Shown here: positions 1 through 9,587 of the stretch, one piece after another | How positions within the stretch are numbered: position 1 is the first letter of the stretch | Layout of the letters: every line of letters starts with the position of its first letter | Origin: Actinokineospora sp. | GTDB lineage: Bacteria; Actinomycetota; Actinomycetes; Mycobacteriales; Pseudonocardiaceae | Direction: 5' to 3' (one strand) | Length of the DNA: 64,000 nucleotides | Assembly (NCBI GenBank): GCA_052390155.1 | Contig: JBQTHF010000034.1 | Translations under genes and position numbers: made by a program | Notes under the pieces: generated by a model | What the model was told of the DNA's origin: nothing | The model's input: the letters and a program-made list of their open reading frames with translations, nothing else | Database searches by the model: none

Positions 1-20
1 AGATCCACTGCCCGACTGTG

Positions 21-60
21 AAGCACGGGGCCGGGGACGACATCCTCCGGCCCCGTGCTT
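21..60 (+). terminator. GC-rich stem-loop (attenuator/terminator type) just upstream of lanB
   Basis: Perfect 14-bp inverted repeat AAGCACGGGGCCGG / CCGGCCCCGTGCTT with a 12-nt loop. It begins at a frame-1 TGA (19-21). The position matches the attenuator hairpins often found between lanA and lanB (inference). Confidence 0.5.
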
Positions 61-61
61 G

Positions 62-92
62 CCCACCCACCCACCCACCCACCCACCCACCC
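62..92. repeat. (CCCA)7CCC tetranucleotide microsatellite, (GGGT)7 on the minus strand
   Basis: Seven perfect CCCA units plus CCC, read directly. It lies between the hairpin and the AGGAGGA Shine-Dalgarno (104-110) of lanB. Confidence 0.95.
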
Positions 93-114
93 GCTCGACG
101 GCTAGGAGGACTGG

Positions 115-3100
115 ATGCGTGCCAGCGACAGAAAGCCGCTCTACCGACACGTTGACGTCGCACTGCTGCGGGCCGCAGCAGCGCCGCTGACCAACACCCT
201 GAACCGTTGGCCCGACCTGACTGACATCGGCGGGTGCAGACACTGGCTGGAAGAGATGTGGTCCCAGCCCGATCTCGCCGACGCCGTGCGCCAAGCCAGC
301 CCGTCGCTGGGCGAGGGCGTTGACGCCATCCGCGCCGGGAATACCCTGGGCGACAAGCAGATCCGTAGCGCCACCCTGTCCACAGCGCGGTATCTGTTGC
401 GCAGCATCGGCCGCCCCACCCCGTTCGGCCTGTTCGCCGGAGTGGCCCCGGTGACCTTGGCAGGAACGGCCCAGGCGGACTGGGGCGAGGACCATCGGGG
501 GGTGGCCCGCGTCAACACCGGGTGGTTGGCCGACATCATCACGCGCGCTGAACGGTGCCCGGACTGCTGGAACGGCTCCACGTGGTGGTCACCGACCTCG
601 CGGTCCGCCGTGGTCCTCGACTCGAAGTGCGGCAAGGGCCGAACCGGGTGACCATCCGCTACACCCGCGCGGTCGCGGCCGTCCGCGACATGGCCGCGAC
701 CCCGGTCCGGTTCGGGACCTTGATCGACACGCTGACCGGGGACTTCACCGCCGACCGGTCAACGGTGCGGGACATGCTCACCGAACTCGTCCGGCAGGGC
801 TACCTGCTGACCAACCTGCGCGCTCCGTTCACCGTCACCGACCCGTTCGCCCATCTGATGGACCGACTACACGACGCCGACGCCGAGAGCCTGCCGACGA
901 TCGCGACCCTGGTAGGCGACCTCGACGCGATCCTGGCCAAACTACGCCACCACAACCATGAAACGACCACCCGAACCGAGCAGAGCCATCTCCGCGCGAC
1001 GGTCACCCGCCGGATGCGGGAACTCTCGCCGGAGGGGCGCACCCCGCTGGCGGTGGACCTGCTGCTCGACTGCGCGATTCGGCTACCCCACCAGGTCGCC
1101 CGGGAGATGGAGCGAGCCGCCGGCGCGCTGCTGCGCCTGACGCGGCAGCCGACCGGCGAGGCAACCTGGCGCGACTACCACTCGGCCTTCGTCGACAAGT
1201 ACGGCACGTCCACGGCGGTGCCGCTGGCCGAAGTCCTCGACCCGGACGCCGGCCTGGGGTATCCGGCCGGGTATCGCGGGAGCGTGCTGCCCGCGCCGAC
1301 ACCAGGGATCTCCGAGCGCGACGAGCGGCTGCTGGCGCTGGCCTGGCAGGCGATGGCTGACGGCACCCGCGAGATCGTCCTGACCGACGACGTTGTCGGC
1401 GAGTTGACCGACGAGACGTTCGACGAGCGCTACATCCCGCCGCACGTGGAGTTGTCCGCCCGCGTTCACGCCGCCACCGCGCAGGCGCTTGCGCGTGGCG
1501 ATTTCCTGCTCACCATCGCGCCCGCCCGCTCCGCAGGCACCCTCACCTCGCGGTTCACGCCGACGGCCACCGGGTCCGGCCTGGCGCAGGCGTACCGGGC
1601 GCTGCCCGCCGCCACCGATGGGGCGCTGCGGGTGCAGATGTCCTTCGGGCCGCTGTACCCGCACGCGGAGAACGTCTGCCGCGTCCCGGCCTACCTAGAC
1701 CACGTTCTCCCACTGGGAGAACACCGTGAGTCCGGCGACGAGCACCTGCTCACGATGGATGACCTGGCCATCACCGCGACCCGCGATCGGCTCTATCTGG
1801 TCAGCATCTCGCGTTGCCAAGTCGTTGAGCCGCAGGTGTTCCACGCACTCGCACTGGACAAGCAGCCCCCGCCGATGGCCCGGTTCCTGGCGCATCTGCC
1901 GCGGGCTTTCTCCGCCACCTGGTACCAGTTCGACTGGGGACGGCACCTCCGGTTGCCGTTCCTGCCACGGGTTCGCTACCGGCGGACCGTCCTGTCCCCG
2001 GCGCAGTGGCGGCTTGCCCCCGGCGACATCCCGCCCGGCCAGGCCGGATCCGACGAAGTGCGCCAGGTGCTCGACCGGTGGCGGCAGCGCTGGGGCTGCC
2101 CCGACGTAGTCGAGTTGCGCGACGCGGACCGTACGCTGCGCCTCACCCTCGATGAACCGGCCCACGCCGCACTCCTGCACACCCACCTCAAGCGACACGG
2201 CCAAGCGATCCTCTGTCCGGCCACCCCGGCGGCCGAGTACGGCTGGATCGACGGCCACGCCCACGAGATCGCACTCCCCCTCGTCAGCACCCGGCCCGCG
2301 GCGCCTGACCCACTAAGGGGCCACCTACCCGCCGTGACGAACACCCGCGGGCACCTGCCCGGCACTCTGGACGCCACCTGGATTTCGGCGAAGCTGTTCA
2401 CTCACCCCGAGCGGATGGTCGAGATTGTCACCGAGGCACTTCCCGGCCTGCTGACCACGCTCGACGCGCCCGCGTGCTGGTGGCTGCGTTACCGCAGCCC
2501 GCAGGAGACAGACCACCTGCGGCTGCGGCTGCGCACCACCCCCGGCCGCTACGCTGAGTCCTTGAACGCGGTCGGGGAGTGGGCACAGCGGATGCGGCAG
2601 GCGGGACTTCTCGGGCGGCTGGTGATCGACACCTACTACCCGGAAGTCGGCCGCTACGGGAACGGCGAGGCGATGGACGCCGCGGAGATCGTCTTCACCG
2701 CCGACTCCGCCACCGTGGCCGCCCTGCTGCGGCACCTGCCTGCCACCGACCCGGATCTCGCGCTAGTCGTGGCAAACATGGTGGGCATCGTCCACGGGTT
2801 CTTCGGCGATCCTGCTGAGGCGATGGACTGGCTGGCTGCCCAGCCGGTTCCGACTGCTGCGGCCATCGACCGGGCGGTGACCGATCGAGCGATCCGGCTC
2901 GCCACCGACCCGGCAGGATTGCTGTCGCCGTCCGGCTGGGACGTCGAAATCGGGCGGGCGTGGGAGCACCGGGCCGACGTCCTGGCCGACTACCGCAAGG
3001 CGTTGCCGCCGGAGGCGAACACCGACGTGGTGTTGGAGTCGCTGCTGCACATGCACCACAACCGGGCCGTCGGCATCGACCGGGACAGCGAACGCACGTG

Positions 3101-3164
3101 CCGTCGCCTGGCCCGCCAAGCCGCGCTCACCTGGCGAGCCCGCACCGACGGTGGTGCCCGGTGA
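115..3164 (+). pseudogene. lanB: class I lanthipeptide dehydratase LanB, interrupted by a 1-nt frameshift near 553-557
   Basis: ORF 115-651 has the LanB N-terminus (RYLLRSIGRPTPFGLFAGVAP). ORF 555-3164 continues the same protein in another frame (PGLLERLHVVV...) and ends in a SpaB_C-type elimination domain (WWLRYRSPQETDHLRLRLR, IDTYYPEVGRYG). Joined length is about 1016 aa, normal for LanB. An SD lies 4 nt before ATG 115. Pseudogene status depends on the frameshift being real. Confidence 0.85.
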
Positions 3165-4377
3165 CCTACACCAACCCGCACACGCCGCCGCCTGAGCACG
3201 ATCCCACACCCGGCTGGGGTCAGTCCCTGTCCAACGGGGCCGCCGGAATGGCGCTGCTGCACATCGCCTATGCCCACGCCGGGATCGGCGACTGGGCCAC
3301 CGCCCACCAGTGGGTCAAGGCCATGACCCGCGTCCCCGTGGCCGCCGACCCGGACGCTTGCCTGTACCGGGGCGCTCCGGCAGTCGCGTTCGCGCTGAGC
3401 ACCGCCACCCAACCCGCCTACGCCGGGGTGCTGGCCACCCTGGATCGGCACATCGCCGAGATCACCCGGCACCGGCTGGAACTGGCGCACGAGCGGATCG
3501 ACCGCGCAGAGTTGCCGAAGCTGCGGGAGTTCGACCTGATCAACGGGTTGACCGGCATCGGCGTCTACCTGCTCCAGGCCGGGCACACCGACCTGCTGCA
3601 CGGGGTGCTGGCCTACCTGGCACGGTCACCGTAGACGGCAGCACGGTGCCCGGCTGGTGGACGACCAACGGCCCCGCCGGCCGGCCTGACTCGCGCTGGC
3701 CGGGCGGCCACGCCAATCTGGGTCTGGCCCACGGTGTCAGTGGGCCGTTGATTCTGCTTGCTACCACGATGATTCACGGCGTCACCGTGCCCGGACAGCC
3801 TGAGGCGATCGACCAGGTCGACGCGTTCATCGGGCGCTGGTGCTGCGGCACCCGGACCCGCCCGTGGTGGCCGGGCATGATCTCCGCCCGAGAATGGAGG
3901 ACCGGCACCGTCGATCAGCCCGGCCCGCAGCGGCCGTCTTGGTGCTACGGCACCCCCGGCCTGGCCCGCGCCCGCCAGCTCGCAGCCCTGGCACTGGATC
4001 TGCCGCAGCGCAAGGTGCGGGCGGAGGCGGCGCTAGCCGGATGCGTCACCGACGACACCCAACTCGCCCAACTCGGCGACGACTCGCTCTGCCACGGATG
4101 GGCAGGGCTCGTGCACACCACGGTGCGGGCGGCGGCCGACGCCGGAGGCGACAGCGAACTGGCCCGTGTCGTGCCCGGCCTGGAGCGCCGCTGGCGGCAG
4201 CACCGCACACAGGCCCGTCCGCAACTGTCAGACCGACATGGGATGTTGGAGGGCAGCACGGGCATCGCGCTGGCCCGCCACAGCATCGAGCGCGCCGGTC
4301 CACCCTTCGGGTGGGACGCCTGCCTGCTCACCACCTGGCACAACGAGAAGAATCCGCACATGGAAGGAACCGGATGA
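3161..4377 (+). pseudogene. lanC: lanthipeptide cyclase LanC, interrupted by a 1-nt frameshift near 3617-3622
   Basis: GTG 3161 overlaps the lanB stop (GTGA). The first frame gives GWGQSLSNGAAGMALL and INGLTGIGVYLL and stops at 3634. The second frame continues with VDGSTVPGWW, GLAHGVSGP, SWCYGTPG and LCHGWAG (LanC catalytic/zinc-ligand motifs). About 405 aa when joined. Confidence 0.85.
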
Positions 4378-5582
4378 CCAACGCGACCAGCACCCGCCCC
4401 GAGGACCTGCGCGAGAAGATGGTCCAGCACATCAAGGACGCTGGCCACCTGTACTCCGCGCGCATCGAGCAGGTACTGCGGACAGTTCCCCGGCACCGGT
4501 TCGTGCCCGCCGCGTCCGCCGAGGACGCCTACGCCAACAAGGCCATCACCATCAAGCCCGGCGCAGACCGGCCCGCCAGTTGCATCTCCGTGCCTACGGT
4601 CGTGGCGATGATGCTCGGCCAGCTAGACCCCCAGCCCGGAGACCACGTCCTGGAGATCGGCGCCGGGACCGGCTACAACGCGGCATTGCTGGCCGAACTC
4701 GTCGGTGTCGAGGGCAGCGTCACCACCATCGACATCCACTCCGACGTCACCGCCCACGCCCGCCGCGCCCTCGACGAGACCGGCTACCAGCGGGTTCACG
4801 TGGTCACCGGCGACGGTGCTCTCGGCGACCCCGCATACGCCCCCTACAACAAGATCATCGTCACGGTGGGGCCGTGGGACCTGCCCCCGGCATGGTTCGA
4901 GCAGCTCGCCCCCGGCGGGACCCTCGTGGTCCCGCTGCACTGGCGCGGCCAGGCCCGCAGCGTCGCCTTCACCCGCAAGGACACCCATCTGCGAGCGGAG
5001 AACAGCCAGCTCTGCGGGTTCATCCCCATGATCGGCATCGTCCCCACCGGCGAACAGACCGGTGCCCTCGCCGAGGACGTCGCCCTGCATTGGGACGCTG
5101 ACCAGAACATCGACCCGGCCGCACTGCACGAGGTGTTCACCGGACCCGAGACCACCGTGTGGTCCGGCGCGTCCGTCATCGTCAACGAGCCGTTCGACCA
5201 CATCTGGCTGTGGCTGACCGCCACTGAACCCGGCGCCTGCCGGATCGCCGCCGAAGACGAGGCCATCGAGGCCGGGACCTGCCGCCCCGCGTTCGCCTAC
5301 CGCACCCCGGCCATTGTCGAGGGTGACTCCCTGGCGTACCTCACCAAACCCCGCCCCCTCGACCAGGACGGCGAACGCCGCTACGAACTCGGCGCCACCG
5401 GCCACGGCCCCCACGGCACCGTGCTGGCCGAGCGCCTGGTCGAGCAGATCCGTCGCTGGGACCGCGACCGGGCCGCTCAGCCCGTTATCGCCGCGTACCC
5501 CGCCGACACGGCCGACGCCAGCCTCCTGGCCGGCGGGGTGGTCATCGACAAGCGGAATATCCGGATGGTCGTCTCACCCTGA
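4374..5582 (+). CDS. PIMT-family O-methyltransferase of lanthipeptide clusters (LanS_A / FxLD-system type)
   Basis: ATG 4374 overlaps the lanC stop (ATGA). Intact 402 aa. The N-domain has protein-L-isoaspartate O-methyltransferase motifs (VPRHRFVP, VLEIGAGTGYNAALLA, VVTGDGALG), followed by a C-domain of about 200 aa. Operon position is directly after lanBC. Confidence 0.8.
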   Translation: MTNATSTRPEDLREKMVQHIKDAGHLYSARIEQVLRTVPRHRFVPAASAEDAYANKAITIKPGADRPASCISVPTVVAMMLGQLDPQPGDHVLEIGAGTGYNAALLAELVGVEGSVTTIDIHSDVTAHARRALDETGYQRVHVVTGDGALGDPAYAPYNKIIVTVGPWDLPPAWFEQLAPGGTLVVPLHWRGQARSVAFTRKDTHLRAENSQLCGFIPMIGIVPTGEQTGALAEDVALHWDADQNIDPAALHEVFTGPETTVWSGASVIVNEPFDHIWLWLTATEPGACRIAAEDEAIEAGTCRPAFAYRTPAIVEGDSLAYLTKPRPLDQDGERRYELGATGHGPHGTVLAERLVEQIRRWDRDRAAQPVIAAYPADTADASLLAGGVVIDKRNIRMVVSP

Positions 5583-5599
5583 ACAAGCCATCCCGATGG

Positions 5600-6160
5600 T
5601 CAGCCGGACACCCTTGAGTCAACACCGCCCGGCCCCTCGTGGGCAGGGCGGTGTTGCTGCAGTGCGAGGTTGTTGGCCGCGGGGATAGCCGCGGCTGGTC
5701 TGGTGGATCAGCGTTGACGCGTCATCGGAGTACAGGGTGTCCGACCGCCCCGCGAGGCCGAGGTGGTGGCGCAGGTAGCTGCCGGTTTCCTCCGGTGTCA
5801 TGGGCGGCATCGTGTAGCGCAGTGCGATCCGTTGGTCGAGGGCGGCCAGGGCGCCCATCTTCATGCGCCGCCGCTGGGTGGGCTGGCCGACGAGCAGGCA
5901 GGCGAACGGGCTGGTGGAGTCCATGTCGTGGTTGGTCAGCATCCTGATCGACTCGGGTTGGGAGTGGTCGAGCAGATGAGCCTCGTTCAGCACCGGGACC
6001 GGAGTCCGGCCCCGTTCGACTTTGTTCGGTGGTCAGGGCGTCGGCGGTCTGGGGAACGAGGGTGGCGTGATGGACCAGGGGTTGCCCGCCCAGGGCGGCG
6101 ACGATCTAGTGGTGGATGCCGCGGACCCCGACGGTCGGGTTGGGCAGATAGATCACCGTG
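5600..6160 (-). pseudogene. remnant of a transposition-helper AAA+ ATPase (ExeA/TniB-like)
   Basis: The minus-strand translation reads FTVIYLPNPTVGVRGIHH(TAG)IVAALGGQP...ALTTEQ // ERGRTPVPVLNEAHLLDHSQPESIRMLTNH...LLVGQP...LDQRIALRY...PEETGSYLRHHLGLAG...SRGYPR. This is ExeA/TniB-type architecture. The Walker A part is missing and there is an in-frame TAG (plus-strand CTA at 6106-6108). Frame breaks lie near 6020 and 5690, and Walker B reads NEAH instead of DEAH. No transposase gene is adjacent. Confidence 0.7.
5620..5656. terminator. stem-loop after the methyltransferase gene
   Basis: 11-bp perfect inverted repeat CAACACCGCCC / GGGCGGTGTTG with a 15-nt loop, 38 nt after the stop at 5582. Confidence 0.5.
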
Positions 6161-6311
6161 AAGCGGGAGCTGTCCAATGTGGACAAAGTGGCGCGGATCC
6201 TCACCGTCGACGCCGCCCGACTACCCACACACGCTCACCCGAATGTCGTAGAACACATGTGCGAGGGTAATCAAGTCGATGCCCAGAGTCACTGCCAAGG
6301 AGATAATGAGG

Positions 6312-6572
6312 ATGCCCATCACCGACCCGGTCATGGCCGTGCTGGACAGGCTGCCGCTCGCCGGTTCACAGCGCGGCGCGGCTGAGCCGACCTCGCGCGA
6401 GCGAGGCGGGCCCGCACCGTTCGGCCTACGGTTCGCTGTCACCCCCATGATGCCCTGCGGCAAGCACAATAGGACCTATTACACGGTGACGGTGAAGGAG
6501 GCTGACCGAGGTCAGCCAGGCGGCAAGGTCGTGACCATCCAGGACGACGTGCAGAAGGAGAGGGAGGACTGA
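6312..6572 (+). CDS. candidate graspetide (ATP-grasp-modified RiPP) precursor peptide
   Basis: AAGGAG lies 9 nt before ATG 6312; in-frame alternatives are 6279, 6306 and 6333. The C-terminal part is APFGLRFAVTPMMPCGKHNRTYYTVTVKEADRGQPGGKVVTIQDDVQKERED. It has a leader-like PFGLRF motif, a Thr-rich strand, a Gly/Pro turn and an acidic strand. The stop is 2 nt before the ATP-grasp start. Confidence 0.65.
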   Translation: MPITDPVMAVLDRLPLAGSQRGAAEPTSRERGGPAPFGLRFAVTPMMPCGKHNRTYYTVTVKEADRGQPGGKVVTIQDDVQKERED

Positions 6573-6574
6573 CC

Positions 6575-7350
6575 GTGGCTGTCCTGGCCGTCACCGCGCA
6601 CGACGATGACACTGCCACCAGGGTCTGTCGGGCGCTTGCGGCGCGGGGACAGGACTGCGCGAGGATGGATCTGGGCGACTTCCCCGAGAGGCTTTCGTTC
6701 ACCGCGTCCGGCCCTAGCCCTGTCTGGGCCGGATGGCTGTCCGATGGGACGCGCGACCTAATCTCTGGCGGACATCACGGCCGTCTACTGGCGACGGCCC
6801 ACCAGCTTCCGGCTTCCCGCCCAACTGGATGAGCAGGAACGGCGGTTCGCCTTGGCAGAGGCCCGGCAGGGCCTCGGTGGGTTGGTCTCCTGCCTGCCCG
6901 TTCCGTTTCGTCAACCAGGTGAAGCTGGTCTACGCGACCCTGGTCGGAGCGGGCGAGATCGACGACGCCGCCATTGCGTTGAGCCCCTGCCAGTTTCAGG
7001 TGTTCATTCCCAAGAGTCGAGACATTCGCCTGGTCGCGGTGGGGAGGGAGTGTTTCGCCGTCGCGATCCACGCGGGCTCGGACAAGTCCTATGTTGACTG
7101 GAGAGCCGACTACCCCGCACTGTCCTACGCGGCGGTTCAGACGCCCAACCACATCGCCGCGGCCGTCGCCGCCTACCTCAAGTGGTTCGGGTTGTCGTTC
7201 GGGTGCTTCGACTTCACCGTGTCAGCCGACACCGGGGAGTGGGTATTCCTTGAGTGCGGCCCGAATGCCCAATGGGGATGGTTGGAGCACGAGACGGGCC
7301 TGCCCATGGCCGACGCCATTGCCCGCAGTCTCACCGGAGACACCGCATGA
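6575..7350 (+). pseudogene. ATP-grasp RiPP maturase (graspetide ligase), two frameshifts and possibly an internal deletion
   Basis: GTG 6575 sits behind GGAGAGGGAGGA. Three frames must be joined. The first is VLAVTAHDDDTATRVCRALAARGQDCARMDLGDFP...WLSDGTRDL. The second, from about 6765, is LADITAVYWRRPTSFRLPAQLDEQERRFALAEARQGLGGLVSCLP. The third, from about 6900, is FVNQ...FQVFIPKSRDIRLVAVG...DWRADY...FGCFDFTV...WVFLECGPNAQWGWLE. The total is about 258 aa, shorter than I expect for this family. Confidence 0.75.
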
Positions 7351-8565
7351 CGGACGCCGACTGGGAGCCCAGGCTCGCCGCCCTCGTCGCCGCCCTCATC
7401 GAGGGTGGCCATCTGCGAAGCAGGGAATGGATGAAGGCGTTCGCCGCCACGCCCCGGCACCTGTTCACTCCTGAGGTCATCACCGTCACCCCACTCGGCT
7501 ACCGGACGCTTTCGGCCGCCGACCCCGGCGTCCGCCAGGAGTGGCTGTCGGCGGTCTACTCTGACGAATCCCTTGTCACGCAAGACAAACCTCATGCAGC
7601 CGGGTACCTGCTGCCCGCCGGGCAGCCGCTACGAGTCCCCACCAGTTCGTCGACGATGCCCTCCTTGATGGCCCGGATGCTGGAGGTCCTCGACATCGGC
7701 GACGACATGCGGGTCCTGGAGGTCGGCACCGGCACTGGCTACAACGCGGCCTTGCTGTCGCACCGCCTCGGTGACCGCCAGGTCGTCTCCATCGACATCG
7801 ACCCCTACCTGGTCGACCTGGCAGCCCAACCCCTCGCCCACCTCGCCCACACCCCAACGCTGCTCGCGGGCGACGGCGTGTACGGCGCCGCCGAGCACGG
7901 CCCTTACGACCGGATCATCGTACGCCACCGCCGCCGTCCCCGAGATCCCGCTGGCCTGGGTGCAGCAGCTCAAGCCCGGCGGGAAGATCCTGGCCAACCT
8001 GCGTGGTGACCTCGCAGGCGGAACCCTCTGCCTGTTGACCAAAGAAGGGGCCGATGACGAGGTCATCGGCCCGATCCTGCCCATCGGCGGGTACTTCATG
8101 TGGTTGCGATCCGATCCGTCCGACCCGCACCGGCCCCACGAGCACACCCCGGCCGCACAGCGCGGCACGACCAGCCGCAGCACAACCAGCCTCAACCCGG
8201 CCCAAGTCCCTGTCGACGAGGGATTCCTGTTTCTGCTCCAACTACAACTCCACGCGGCACAATCCCTCTGGCGAGGACAGGTGCACGACCCGGCTACCCG
8301 CGACCAGCAGGACGCGGTCATCGCCACCGCCGCCGATGGCTCCCGTGCCGAAGCACTTACCCACCCTGAGCCAGACGGCTCCTATCGAGTCGTCCAGTCC
8401 GGGCCACGTCGCATCTGGGATACCGTCGAGGCCACTCACCGGCTGTGGCGGCACCTCGGCCGACCTACACCCGACAAGTTCGGCGTCGTCGCCAACAGCG
8501 ACACCCAATTCGCTTGGTTCCGCAACGACGACAACTGGCGCCGCTGGCCCCTGCCCCTCGTCTGA
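7347..8565 (+). pseudogene. PIMT-family O-methyltransferase of the ATP-grasp RiPP system, frameshift near 7917-7922
   Basis: ATG 7347 overlaps the ATP-grasp stop (ATGA). The N-part has TPRHLFTP, VLEVGTGTGYNAALLS and LLAGDGVYG...YDRII. The protein continues in another frame with ATAAVPEIPLAWVQQLKPGGKILANL, plus a C-domain of about 200 aa. About 405 aa when joined. Confidence 0.8.
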
Positions 8566-8657
8566 CCACCGCAGGGCGTTCGAGACGCCGCGAAGCGTGC
8601 CGTCGTGCACGACGCATAGCGCGTAAGACTGTCTCTTGTGGACGGTCGGCCGTGCGG

Positions 8658-9587
<930 letters not shown>

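Noticed and set aside
1-21. Possible 3' end of the lanthipeptide precursor gene (frame 1, ...RSTARL-stop)
   Set aside because: Only 6 codons are visible and they contain no Cys. The stop-plus-hairpin context is suggestive, but the sequence cannot be assigned. It is mentioned in the findings and not annotated.
62-92. CCCA repeat read as a coding PTHP-repeat peptide in frames 2 and 3
   Set aside because: There is no start codon or SD. The frames run through the lanB SD and start codon. The tract lies in an obvious inter-cistronic leader.
540-660. Programmed ribosomal frameshift or a natural split-LanB arrangement
   Set aside because: There is no slippery heptamer or downstream pseudoknot. Known split LanBs divide between the glutamylation and elimination domains, not after about 147 residues. 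Four other genes nearby carry simple indels as well.
6221-6469. Minus-strand ORF with a hydrophobic tail (MTGSVMGILIISLAVTLGIDLITLAHVFYDIRVSVCG), considered as a type I toxin-like peptide
   Set aside because: Its 5' part runs antisense to the better-supported precursor-peptide ORF. No SD is present, and it sits in the low-GC seam. Chance hydrophobicity from T-rich codons is likely.
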